Assembly: GCF_018977255.1 (NCBI RefSeq)
Contig: NW_024704765.1
Coordinates: 6,820,001-6,884,000, forward strand
Source: Callorhinchus milii
Taxonomy: Eukaryota
Reading direction: 5' to 3'
DNA length: 64,000 nucleotides
Position numbers and translations under genes: made by a program. Of this stretch, positions 47,189 to 60,420 are shown piece after piece. Each line of letters begins with the position of its first letter. Position 1 is the stretch's first letter. The notes under the pieces are model-generated. The model saw nothing but the letters and a program-made list of their open reading frames with translations. It was not told where the DNA came from and ran no database searches.

Positions 47189-48329
47189 CCCGGTCAACGT
47201 CAGCGTAAAGATTTTAAATTAAGATCTCCTCCCCTTCTCCCCACTCCGCACTCCCCCACCCACCAATCCCCGAAAGGCTGTGGATGCTGGATCAATTGAA
47301 ATCAATTTCAAGACTGAGGTGGCTATTCCTTTTTTTGGGGGGGTCAGGGTATCGAGGGAGATGGAGTGAGGGGAGGTAATTGGAGTTGAGGTACAGATCA
47401 GCCCATGATCTAATAGAATGGCAGAACAGGCTCGAGGGACTGAATGGCCTCCACCTTCTCCCCCTCCTCCTCCTGTTCTCCTGTGTGGCATACTGCTAAC
47501 GGACTCGGGTACCGTTTTCACCACAATGAATTGCACGATAATCCAGGCTTTTTATTCTGTTTAAAATCACGTGTAACATATGCGATGTGGTCTATGGGAG
47601 ATGATATACTGTGTATGTTTTTGTGCAGCGCAAAAGTGGGGGTGGGTGGGAGGGGGTGTGTGTGTGGGGCGCAGAATATCACAGTCGTTTCCCCCTGACA
47701 GTGAAGCACAGTGAGAGATTGGGCGCTAAATCAAATCACACCGCACCCCCTCACCAAAAATAATGGGTCATTCAATCCATGACTCTCTGTGAGACGCTGC
47801 TGTGCACAATTAGCTACTGCATTTCTCCCACAAAATACACAGTCACTCCACCTTACGGTGTCTTCTGCCTAGCGCTCAGAGACATCTGAACAACGTGCTC
47901 AGGCGCTGCTAATAGTATTGCTGCCTCCCTCGAGGGCTGAGAGGAGGTTCATCACGGGAATGGCACCAAAGCAGAGTGTGCCGGGGCTGTGAGCTTCCTC
48001 TCTTGGGGGGTGGGGGGTGATCTCCTCCCCGGTTATGGTAACGTGACAGAAGGGGCCTAATTACCTCCTTTTAGCCCCCCAGTGTGAAAGGCAGAGCAAA
48101 TCCGTGTGGCTGGGTGGCTTGTCGGCCATCCTGTACTCTATTCCTGTCTTTAGAGCCAACTTGGGACCCCGGGGGCTGAGAACGTTCCCTCCGCTTTGTT
48201 GGGTTGGCAGAGTGATGGGTTCATCTGTCACACAGCCCTGAATCACAGCTGCGGACACCCGAGCCAGCAAACAGGGGTGGACAGACTCCCCCAACAAACC
48301 TGTTTGGAACAGGGTCGTGGTGGCGGGGG

Positions 48330-48362
<33 letters not shown>

Positions 48363-50759
48363 TGTGTAAAAAAAAAATCATCCCAATCCTTCTGGCTTCT
48401 CCGTTCACTTTACAGTATATTCCGTGAAGCACTTTGGGGCGTTTCACAGATCGGGCGTTAGATCAAATGCAAGAATTATTATTATCATTATTATTATTCA
48501 GACGGCCTGTCCAGAAATCGGTCAGGAATCCCGACGTAACTCAGTCCTGAAGTTGGGAAGCATTTATCTGCCATTTGGTGTGAATGTCGTTACGGATTTC
48601 ACCCCACCCCACCCGCCCCTTCCCTCCCCTCCTCTCCCCCCACCCTCCTGTTGTGAGCACGGGGGACAGAGTTGAGGCTGAGGTTTACCTGCTGATAATG
48701 TTACAGTGGGAAAAAAAGGCCAAGATGCTCAAGAATACTCTTTTATGGCAGCTCGTTACCATGGCAGTGGGATGCTTCTCCACTTGACTCTCTCTCCCTC
48801 TCTCTCTCCCGTGGTGGCGTACTGTTGCTATGGTGTCAGTTAATGATGCTTTAGTCTCTCTGTCTCTCTGACCCCCTCCCACCACCCCCCAACCCCCCCC
48901 CCCCCCACCTCCAACTCTCCCCAGATGTCGCTAAAGTGTGGGCACAGCATGTCCGAGACAAGCACTGGCTGGGACCATATGGGGGCAAACTCACTCTCGG
49001 TCCGTGACACATTGGGACAGATGTTCCTCTGTTCCTACCCCCCCAATCCATCACCCAGTTAATGGCCTGACACGTCACGTCCCTATTGTGCTCAAAGCCC
49101 ACCTCCCAGTCCGCAAATTTGTCCTGGTCTCAATAATAATAATAATAATAATAATAAAATCCTTGCATTTGACACACAGCGCCTCAACACGTCTTCGAGA
49201 CGTCTCAAAGCGCTTCGCAGGATTGACCGCAAAGTGAATTGACCGCGCATTTTGTGGGCGAAACGCGGCAGCCGATTTCTTAGCCTGAAGACCAATGTCT
49301 CCCCGTTTAATGTCCGGCTTATTTGAAAATATCGGAGAAAAGAAACGCAGCAGAAACCCAACAACGCTTCCCGAAAGAACTTACAACGACAACAACAACA
49401 AGCGTCTGCGGGGGTGGGGGTGGGGCAGGGGAAAAGGGGGGAGGTAGACACAGTCGAAAACAGTGCGCAACCAATCACGACAGGAGGGATGCCTTAAAGC
49501 GCTTGTTTCACAGTGGAAGGGTTTTGAGACGTCCTCCCGACGCGAAAGCCTCCGTGTCGAAAATTATTATTATTATTTTTTATTATTGCTATTTTTTATT
49601 AAAAAAACCAAAGACTGTGGAAGATCCCACATACCCGAAAGGCACCGTCTCGCTATCATTGTCTCACTGTCCTTTATTCCGTGGAGTTGTGGCAACGCGT
49701 TATCCTTCCTAACAGGTGAATAACGCAGAGAGTTGGTCGTATATCTTGACCGCAGTTTCAGACCCACATTATCCCCACTGTCAAAGCAGCTGTTTGTTTT
49801 GTACACTCTTTGCTTTGCTTTTTGTCGCCTGTTAATTCACGGCCATTCATCAAGGCGACAAGTCTAAGCAGGGCTTCAGCTGCACAGGTGGGAGGAGAGG
49901 AAGGGAGAGGACAGGAGAGGGAGGGAGGGGGGGGAGGGAGTGTGTGTGTATGTGTTTGGGGGAGTGGGGAGAGGTATAGAAGTCAGGGGTTGAACGCAGA
50001 CCCTTGGACAAATGTCCAGCTCCTCACCAGCTCACTGGCAATGAGAGAGTGACGTGGGATTCTCGCTGACAGAAACACACAGTCACTACACTTTACAGGG
50101 AATCCTGTGAATTCCCGGTCAATCGAAGACCCTTGACTCACTTTCACATCTCCTCCCCCCATGCCCCCCCCCCCAAACCCCCACTGCCCCCGTGGCCTCG
50201 CCCCCACCATAGCTGTGACCCTCCTACTGCCACCATCAACAGATGAACTTACTGCCGTTCAGGAGGAGGGATGGGGAGGAAGAGGGTGTGTGTGTGTGCG
50301 GGGGGAGGGTGGGGTGGTGGGTGGTGGTGGTGGAGAAGAGGAATGTCAAGCTCTCAAGGAATGTGTGGGGTGGAAGGAATGCCAGGCGCTCCACACGGCC
50401 CCAGCATCGGCCCCTTGGCCGTGTGCCCGCAGCGCCTGGCAAGCAGGAGCCACGCTGCACGCAAGTGTGGCCGCATTCCCGCTCAAACATAGACACACGC
50501 CCACTCGAACCAGGGACCAGCGCCCACATCAGCCTCCCACTGACAGACAAGACGGACAGACACAGACACAGACAGCCAGACACGCTTCACGCAACCTGAC
50601 ATCTCTTACGTCCTATCGAAACCGACCTGCCCACCTCCGCCAGTCGCCGTCTGCGGCCAATAATGCCAGGGAGTGGTCAGCCCTGGAGGGCATTCCACAC
50701 CCAGACTGGTCCTGTCCTCAACAGGTTCTGCCACCCACCCACCTCTGTGTGGTGATCAA

Positions 50760-51070
50760 TAATAAGAATAATCCTGGCATTTGATACAGCGCCTCGTCAC
50801 GACGTCGAGGCGTCTCAAAGCGCTTCACAGGATACACTGTAAAGTGTAGTGACTGTAGATTTTGTGGGTGAAAGGCAGCAGACTTTGTGGGTGAAAGTCC
50901 CCACAAACAGTGGGGACTTTCACCCACAAACAGAGTGACCCCACGTTTTTTTGTGGAGGGGTTATTACCCCCGGAAAACCATCTTTCAATCGACTAACAG
51001 CCAATTTCCTACTTACTGCTCGGTAAACAGAGGCGTGTGGAGTAAGGAAACCTGCCCTAGGTTTCGGAGG
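50760..51070 (-). mobile_element. Same SINE family, reverse, with internal fold-back rearrangement
   Basis: Tail, body and CORE-like segment; perfect palindrome at 50884-50930. Confidence 0.85.
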
Positions 51071-51544
51071 TTTCGGCCCGCCCCAGCGACTGTGTATCCT
51101 GTGGGCGAGAGAGAAACTCGCTTCTCTTTTCAAACAGTGCCGTGAGATCTTTACAACTCAGCTGAACAGGCACAGACAGGACCTGGGTTTAACATGTTGA
51201 TGTAGAACATGTACAAAAACTGAGCCGTTTGAGCCAAGGAAGAGTTAAAGCCTTGGCAACATATTGAACCTATGTGTATGTGTGTGTGTGTGTTTCCATC
51301 TGTCAGCAGCTGCTGCAAAAATCAACACTAATCAAATATCTTCTGGGAAAGGGAAGGACACAGGATGGTGCTGTTATTTCTCCTTCCATTGAGAGCCCAT
51401 TACAGCCAGAGATGTTTTGCTCAGTTCTTGGCTTTTAAGCTGTCCACTTAAGGAAGGCAGGAAAAGCTGATTGCAATGAAGACAGATGAGATTTTGATCT
51501 GCATAGCAGCCAGACACGAGACCTGAAGCGGTAAAACTGATTAT

Positions 51545-51903
51545 TAATAATAATAATAATCCTTGCATTTGATGTCGTGTCTTATCACATGGATGAGACG
51601 TCTTAAAGCGCTTCACAGAATATAGTATAAAGTGGATTGATGGCGTATTTCGTGGGTGAAATGCCGCAGCACGCAATAGTGTCCCACCAACAATTGTATT
51701 GAGTCAACCAATTTTTTTGGGTGGGATTATTACCCCCGGAAAGAAAGCTGCCAATCGACTAACAACCAGGTTCCTACTTACTGTTAGGTAAACAGAGGTG
51801 TGTGGGGTAAGGAAACTTGCCCAAGGTTTCGCCCTGCCCTGGAATCGAACCTGGGTCCTCTCGCCTGTGAGGCGAGGGCTCTAACCACATCGCTGCAGAA
51901 CTC
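51545..51903 (-). mobile_element. Same SINE family, full length, reverse
   Basis: (AAT)n tail through to tRNA head. Confidence 0.88.
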
Positions 51904-52924
51904 CACAATAATAATACTCCTTACACTTGTAGAAACTGAAAATTGTGAACCGACTCCAGATAGACCCAGACATCAAAACCAATCTGCGCTGGATCAACCC
52001 ACTTTTAATTAGCATTTATGTCATGCGTGGGGATTTATCAGACAGGTAACTGATCCAGAGGTGCAGCTACATACCTCACAATTATCCCAAATTCCTCAAG
52101 CGAAGCTGTACCTGTAGTGAGTCCAGGAATTCTGCTGATAACATTGGGTACCGGCCTGGCTCAGTCGCTCGCACTCTCACCTCTGAGTCAGGCGTTTGTT
52201 AGTTCGAGGCTCTCATCGGGGCTTTGATCTCGTGAGATCTTTTCCACGTCTCTTCCCCATCGCCTGAAATTAAGAACGTAAGAATGTAAGAACTTGCGAG
52301 ATGAAAGAAGGCCAAGGAACATCAAGTTCGCCTCCCACCGTCCTGGCAGCTGCTTTGACATGTCATGTCCCAAACTATACACTGTATCCCCAAGTTATTA
52401 TTTTCTAACAGATACTTGATCTCGGATGACTCAACACTTTCTGCTTCCACCGCCTGTCTCCCTTGGGAGCCTGTGCTGTGCCATGTTTGGTGCAGCGTGG
52501 TAACACGCTCTGTGACGCTACCCCGAGTGAGGAACGCTGTGTAAAGTTCAGGCTGTTGTTTTAGCGTCATTTCCCCTTTGCTACTCGGGGTCAGCTAGTA
52601 GCACACGCCGTGGGAGGTCCTCCCGACGCGAAAGGCTCTCTATAAATGTAATTTTGTCGTCGTCGTTGTTGATTTGAGGCGAAGGGATACGGCAGGAGAG
52701 TTCCAGAGAGACCTGAAAGCTCGGCCTATTTGTGTCACTTCTATCTGATGGACCACAGGTTAAATTACTTGACCCCCCCCACCCCCTACCCCCCACCCCC
52801 CACCTTCCTCGCCTCTCCAATGGGTTCCCGTGACTATGTGGACCCGTCACAAGAGTGCGCTGTAGCTCAATGCCTCCTCCAGTCTTGTTGCCCTGTTTAA
52901 GGAAAGGAGAGGAAAGTTCCCCCA

Positions 52925-53225
52925 ATAATAATTAATAATAATCGTCCTTGCATTTGACACATCTCGTTGAGACGTCTCAAAGCGCATCGCAGGACACACT
53001 GCAAAGTGGAGTGACTGTGTATTTTGTGGGCGAAACGCGGCAGCCAATTGCGCACAGCAGCGTTCCCCCCCTCCCCACAAACAGCCATGGATCGAATGAC
53101 CAATTAACTCTTTTTTTAAAGGAATTATGAACCCCCGGGAAAAAAAAGCGATCCGCCAATCGACTGGTGACCGGGTTCCCTCTTACCGCCAGGTAAACGG
53201 AGACGGGGAGGAGTAAGGAAACCTG
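52925..53225 (-). mobile_element. Same SINE family, reverse
   Basis: Tail and body. Confidence 0.82.
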
Positions 53226-55425
53226 AAGGCAAGTGAGTTCAGAGGCAACGTTTGGTCTGTGTTGCGAAAGCAGTCAATTTTCCTGGATACGGTTCTGTGT
53301 TGTTACCACTGGAGGGTACCACAACACCAGCAATCGAACAAACTAACTCAAACACAGGACCGTTCGCACTCTCAGTGCATTTTATCCCCCAGTCCCAAGT
53401 CGAAGGCAAAGTCTCTCTCTCTGTCTCACTCACTGACTCCAACCACCACCTGCAACGATGAGAATCGCAGCCCTACGTTCTATTTACGGGTTGAGGGGTT
53501 CCTGCGAGCGACACGCAGCTGGGGTGGGGTGGGGTGGGGTGCTGGTGCTGGTGCTGAGACCCGCCAGCGTGTAATGGGAACAGGCGCTGCGGGGATTTTT
53601 TTTTTCTCGGGCAGACGGGGGCGGCCGCAGTGCAGGGCTGTTAGTTTGATGTCGTCCTCCAGCTCAGCTCGCTCCCCACAAAAACAGCCCGGCAGTGATG
53701 TCCCCCTGATTCGCTGCCTTGGACTGCCCAGCGCAGCTTTCAAAGTGCCAGCCGTCCCACAGCGCTGGCCAACCCGACTCGTTCTTAACCCCTTCCCTGC
53801 CGCGGACTGAAACTATCCTTCGACCAGTGGAAAGAGAGCATCATCCCCTCCCCCCATTTCTCTCGGTCAAAACCCCCTCCTCATTGCGCCCACCTCCGTC
53901 AAATGGCCTCTCAGCCTTCCTCGCTCCCAATTAAAAACAGACCACCCTCCACCCCCACCCCATCTTTTCCAATCTCTCCATGTAACTGAAGCCCTTCATC
54001 ACTGGGATCATCCTTGTGAACTTCCAACGACAACTTGCATTTACACAGCTCTCCCCCCCCCCCGCCCCCCGCCCCCTCTCACCCAGGCTAGCGTCTCAAA
54101 GAGTGCTTGATATTCCGGAGCAGCAAACCAAAGAGAAAGCATCGTGTCCTAGTTAATAAACCCCACGTCGCACTGACCTGTGGCGCCTTTGGGCGGGGAA
54201 TAAAAAAACGGCCACTGAATGCAAAGGTCTCCTGAGCAGAGGGTAAAATCTGTTCCCAGGGGAGACGTTCGGTTACGGTTCATGTCAGTGTTTATCCCGG
54301 GGTCTTTATTCGCTCTCCACATGACCCTGTAGCTCGCCTTTCTAAATGAGAAGCCACAAATCAGCCGGGCAAAGTGTGACAGACACAGGAGCAGTGGGAT
54401 GCTTGGGAGCTGGTGGGACCCATAAATATCTGTATAAACCCCCACTTTTCTCCTGGTTCCGGGTTGGATCTCGCCGTGGTGACTCCTTCCCTGAAAGCCA
54501 GTTGTTAAAGTGCTTCATTAAAAAAAAAGGGCTGACTCGATCGCAGGTTTGAAACTTTCCCGCATCTTTAGCGTTCCCAGTTACACCGTCGATCCATCGC
54601 AACAGCTGACCTGAGGCCACCATTGGGACTTGGAGCTCAGAACAGCCCAGACTGAGACTCCAGGGCAGGGCAGGGCTGGTGGGGGTAGCGGGGGGGCTCT
54701 TGTTGCATTGCCAGAGGTGTCGCCCTGTGCACGAGAAGTTAAACCTCACTCCCCCCTCTGCCCGGTGGGGTGGGGGGGGGCTGCTAAAGATCCTGTAGCG
54801 CTGTTCGAAAAGAGAAGAGAGGTTTCTCTCGTCCGGTTTGCCTGGCCGACCATCTCATAATTCCCCGGGTGGACCTTGCACAAACCCCGACCGTTTGGTG
54901 AAAGCTTTGCCTACAGCGGCCGTCCGCGGGGCGATGGGGGAGATGGGTCAAGGTGGGGGGACTGGGGGAGAAGGGCAAAGAGGAAGGAGGCTTGGATCAA
55001 TATTGGTTCGGCGAACAGATGGAAAAAATGTTGAAATGTTCTATTACGTCTCCCGGCGTGCTGTTTGTGTCAGTGCTGAATGGCTCAGGAGTCTATTAGC
55101 GCAAACAGGCCCTTTGTTTTACTGCTTAACGCACTGGTAGGAGGCAACGGCAACGAACAAAGGCAGCGGAGATTAAAGTCGAGCCGGGAGAGTAAGAGAG
55201 AAGCAAACAAAAAAAAACACAGAGAGAGAAAGAGAGAGCGCGCGAGAGAAAGGGATCAGAAAAAGCTCAACCAGCCAACTGGCAACTGCTTCAGACCTCA
55301 GACAAAGCACATGGTTTTTTTTTTGACAGAAGCTAAACTTTTCATTCAATTATTGTTAGGTGTCAAACTGGAGGGATTCACTGGTTCCCCTATGTTCTTG
55401 GGGTTTTCCCTGAGATTTTTTTTTT

Positions 55426-55980
55426 AAATCCTGGCATTTGACCCGGCGCCTCCTCACGTCTTCGAGACGTCTCAAAGCGCTTCACAGGATACACTGTCGA
55501 GTGAATTGACTGTGTGTTTTTTGGAGCGAAATGAGGATTTCGGACTTGTGCTTGTAATAGCTCCCCTCAGGCAGGGTAGAGTCCTGGAGCGCTTACGTGT
55601 TGCGTTTGTGGGGACGCTGCTGTGTGCAATTGGCTGCCGCGTTTCGCCCGGAAAATATACGGTCAATTCACTGTACAATATACTCTGTGAAGCGCTTTGA
55701 AACGTCTCAGTGATAGGGCACTATATCAAATGTGAGCATTATTATTATTATTATTCATCTTCCCCGTGATGGCTTTGAGACGATTTGACATTATAAGAAG
55801 AATAATAATAATAATTATTATAATAATATAATAATAATCCTTGGGTTTGACACAGCGCCTCATCACGTCTTCGCGACGTCTCAAAGCGCTTCGCAGGACA
55901 CTCCGTAAAGTGAATGGGCCGTGTGTTTTGCGGGTGAAACGCGGCTGCCGATTGCTCGCGGCAGCGTCGCCCGCAGACAA
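55426..55980. mobile_element. Cluster of three SINE 3' halves in alternating orientation (-, +, -)
   Basis: Tails at about 55426-55530, 55600-55755 and 55810-55980. Confidence 0.8.
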
Positions 55981-58900
55981 TTAAGCGCTCCGGGACGCCC
56001 CCCCCGCTTGAGGGGAAGCTACTTAAACACAAGTTGTTGTTGTTGTTGTTGTTGTTATTGTCGGCAGCCGTACTTACGTGAGGCCGGATTATCATGCGTT
56101 TGGAAACCCGTCACGCAAAAATAAACCCCCGGCTCGCACAAAGCATTTTGTCAAGAGGCATTTCCGACTCTGCGTGAAACGAGTGATGAAGTGAGACAGA
56201 CAATGACGGGCAGTGTCAGCCGGGGAGGAAAGCTTCCAATTAACATCCTGTTAAAAAAAAAGTGTGTGGGGTGGAGGGGTGGACACAGAGAGAGAGAGAA
56301 AAAAACCCTCTCTTCCTGTCTTCCGCTGGGTTTCCTGCTGCATTCGAATACATGGTTTTGTGACAAAGAGTTACCCGTGAAGCAATGATCTTTATCACAT
56401 CCCCGCAATTAGCAGCCCCACTCCTTGCTTTTCCTTTCATCGCTACAGGGATTGATTTATCCTGGGCAGGTCTTCACACAGTCTCGGAGTATCTGGGGGC
56501 GGGCGGGCGGGCAGGGGGGGGGGGGGTTTGTCCAGCTTCCATATCGAGACGCAGTCGAGAGGGATTCAGACCCTTCACCATCCCTCGTTGGCGGGGATGT
56601 GGGAGTCAACTTTTTCCGGTGTTTCTTGATTAAGAAATCCTGGCGATCTCATCTCCACCTGAGCTGCGAGTCGAAATAGTAATACTGACAACATTAATAA
56701 TCCCGGCATTTGACACAGCGCCTCATCACGTCGTTGAGACGACTCAAAGCGCTTCGCGGGATACACTGCGAAGTGGAGTGACTGTGTGTTTTGTGGGCGA
56801 AACGCAGCAGCCAATTTGCGCCCAGAGACGTCCCCACAGACGGCGGTGGAGTGAGTGACTAACCCTAACACGAATCTGCTTTACCTCAACGTGTTTTCCC
56901 GAGTCGGATTCTCGATGCTTCCGTAGGGGAATGGGGTAAAGGGCAGGAAATTGGGATTGGGATTGGGAAGGACAGTCTCTCGGGAAGAGAACAACAACAA
57001 CAACAACAACAAGAACCAGATTACATTTGTATAGCGCCCTTCGTGTCGGGAGGACGTCCCAAGGCTCTGGGAAAACTCCGACAGGAAAAAATGGACCGAA
57101 TGCAAATGCTCGACCGAGTCTGTGTGTGTATTTTGCAGGAGGTAATACACAGGCAGCACGGAATCTGTATCCTGCTCCCCCACACCTCACCCCGTCCACC
57201 TCGTTTGCACACCCACCTCCCCCCCCGCCCGCCCCCCACCCCCCCCTGGCCTCGCGGCTAAGTGTGAAAGATTAACTCCTCGCACTCTCAGTGTGTAGCA
57301 CATCAAGTGCTTTGTGTTACTTTAAACATTCACACATTAAGCAGGTTACAGACAAGACACCCTGAGCCTTGCTTTCATCTCAGACATGGCTTAACATCGG
57401 ACGCCTCCTTTCACAGACGCTTTAGACACTCGAAACGTGGCACCAAACCAAAGCTTTTTGCTGTAAAAGTGGAAGTGGGGAAGGAGGGGGCAAGGCGGAA
57501 GGTTTGAGGGAGAGAGTTCCAGAGTTTCGGGGCGTAGCGGCTGGAGAAGGGAGCGTAATTTATACAAGTGTCATTTGTTGTTGTTGTAAAGTGCCCTTAG
57601 TGTGTACAAACAGACAACCCTCATTGCACAAACATCGCTATTGTAATAATTCTTAATCCAAACCTCGGGTGTGTTCTTAAGTTTGTTTTATCAGCAACTC
57701 AAGAGCACTAGTACTCCTCCGATCCATTAATCAAAATTTCCTGCACACTTTTGTCCCCACTCCCAGTGTTCTTTTGTACTTAACATAAGAACATAAGAAT
57801 TTGCCGGGCGAAAGAAGACTAAGGTCCACCTGGTTCGCCTTCCCCCATCCTGGCAGTCACTTGACATGTCGTGTCCCAAACTATATCCCCCAGATATTGT
57901 TTTCTAGCAGAGATCAGACTGGTCAACAATCCTCCAGATGAAATTGGTCATTCATCTCATGACTGTTTGTGGGGACATTGCTCCCGACAAACTGGCTGCT
58001 GCCTTCGTCTGCAAAAAATAAACCGCAGTCACTACACCGACAGCAATTCCCGTGAAGGGTGTTTGACCCTTAGAGGCGCAATATCAAATGCAAAGATTAT
58101 TTTGGCTGAAATAAAAATAACAGCTGAAACAAAGGACAGAGAGAGGATGGCTGTGTGTATTGGGGGGGAAGAGAGAGAGGAAGAGAGATCTCCTATTGTG
58201 TTTCACTACTTAAGAGCAGAACAGTGCACACCCTTCATAACCATGTGCGCATACTGAGCATAAAGCAACACACAGCCCTGCAGAGCAGTCTAGGGCTTGT
58301 CCTATGTATTGGGATTATGTATTGGAAAGTCTATTTGGCTCTATCTGAGACAAAACAGGAGATAGGAAATGGAAGCTAACTGGTGGGGATGTGAGGGAAC
58401 GAGGCCGAGAGACAGAAGCCATTAGTTTCCTCACACTGCAAGTGAGAAGAGGGAATCTCTTCGCACACGACCAGGAACAAGGCTGAGAGGAAGGAGGCAC
58501 AGGGACAGAGCTTGGCACAGCAGGCAGCCATTTGCCTTATTTGCTCAGGAGAGTAGAGAGTTCAGCACATCCTTCCGCCAGTTGCCGCTGCAGCAAAAAA
58601 AGCCAATTTTACCCGCGTTTCTTTCATTGGATTTCTCGCTCAAGAAACCTGAGCGGGGACCTGGAGGCACATCACACGGGTCACCCCCCCCACACCCCCC
58701 CACACCCCCACACTCGAGTGGGAATCCGCTCCCAACAGAATTTGAGTCGTAACACCGCAAGTCAGGGTAACGGACCTTGGATTAACCGGTTAAGAAATCC
58801 ATTGAGAAACACACGGATCATTATTATTACTATTATTATTATTTATTATTATGCGTGGTTTACTAAGCTAAATAATAATAATAATAATAATACTCGTAGA

Positions 58901-59476
58901 GAAAACGTAAACTGTTATGAACGTGAAGAATCCCAATTTCCCGACCGTTCTCAAGCCCACGTTGAAACAACGCGCATCTTCTTCCTCAATGCTTTGTGTG
59001 ACTTTTGCTATGCTTCACGCACACTGGGGTGCGTGTTTTGACAGCCTTATTGTTCCGCAGAACAACAGCGCGAATGGCATGATGTGAAGGGACACTACCG
59101 GCAATGTGTCGAGAAAGTCATTTAACAAAATCCTTCATTGTCACAAAGGCAATTTAATCTCCCTCATTTCCAGCCCTTCTTTTCTGTGGAAGAACAGACC
59201 AGCAACCAAATCTCCTCATTAAACGTTAAACAACACACACAATTACTTCCTTTTCCCTTTTGTCTGCTCCGCAGCCTGTTTCAAGGAGGAGGGAGGCATC
59301 GGCATTGGTTCCCCGTAGTCCATCAGTGGACAGACTAGGAAGCCAACAGCGGACACAGGAGCCATCGCTCACCTCATGGGAAACCATCGCTTGTTCAGTT
59401 GAGCAGCGCTACCTGCACTGACTCCCAGCGAAACATTTAACCACTGTTGGTACAGTAAATGAAACCCTTAACGACT

Positions 59477-59755
59477 CACTCCACACGCTTCGGTTTACCC
59501 AGCGGTCAGCTGGAGCTCGGTTGTCAGTCGATTGGGGGAATCGCTTTTCTGGGGGTAACAATTCCTTCAAAATAAATTAGAATAATTGGGTCACTCGATC
59601 CGCGACCGTTTGTGGGGACGCTGCTGTGAGCAACTGTCTGCCGCGTTTCGCCCGCAAAATACGCAGTCAATTCGCTTTGTGGTATGTTACTCTGAAGCGC
59701 TTTGAGACGTCTCGGAGACGTGACGAGGCGCTGTGTCAAATGCAAGGATTATTAT
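59477..59755 (+). mobile_element. Same SINE family, 5'-truncated
   Basis: CORE-like segment, body and tail. Confidence 0.82.
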
Positions 59756-60169
59756 ACCGTTGTAGGCTTACACATGAGGATTGATCGTGGGGATGAGATG
59801 CCGCTGTTGTTTGTGGACCATTCCCTAACTTAAGTCATGAGAGGAGAGAGTCTGAAGGCGGAGGGAGGTCTGGACTCTGTCCGTTTTCTGCTACGAAGAT
59901 CAACCCAGTCATCTCCTCTCGTTGGCAGTGGGAGGCTCTTCCCAGTCACCACTGAGGCGAAAATGTCGCAGAACCGACCTGACTGGTAGACTCATATAAT
60001 TCTCTATTGCTCCATCACATCCGCTTGCCTCTCTCCGTGTGAGAAAGTCAACAGGGAGTCGCTATCTACCCTTAGAGATAACACTGTGGACTCAAGTTCC
60101 TGGATTAGGGTAGAATGTCCCAGAGCAGGGTGGGGTGGGGTGGTCATGGGTTCAAATCAGCATGTGTTG

Positions 60170-60420
60170 GGTCAGTCACTGCACCCTGTTTGGAACTCCA
60201 TCCCTCAGTTCCTTCGCCCGCCTCGCTGCCTTCCCTCGCATGTCTCAAGACCCTCCTCTTCTCTTCGCCCGCGCCTTCAGCCAGCCTCCTTTCCACCCCC
60301 CCACCTCTCCCTGCCCTCCACCACTCCCTGACCCCGACCCCCAGCTCGGGTCCAATTCCCTGACAGTGCAGCGCCCTGGAACGTCCTCCCGAGATGAAAG
60401 GCAGGTGGTGTGTAGATGTC
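60170..60420 (+). mobile_element. L2-type LINE 3' end fragment
   Basis: GGAACTCCATCCCTCAG...TCTCAAGACCCTCCTCTT...CAGCGCC.TGG.ACGTC.TCCCGA..TGAAAGGC. Similar pieces at about 15680-15940, 29770-29990 and 41080-41300. Confidence 0.6.

Noticed and set aside
58370-59400. Possible minus-strand exons (ATG GTT TCC CAT GAG|GTGAGC near 59370; MAACCAKLC near 58530)
   Set aside because: No recognisable homology and no consistent downstream exon chain; unsupported without transcripts.
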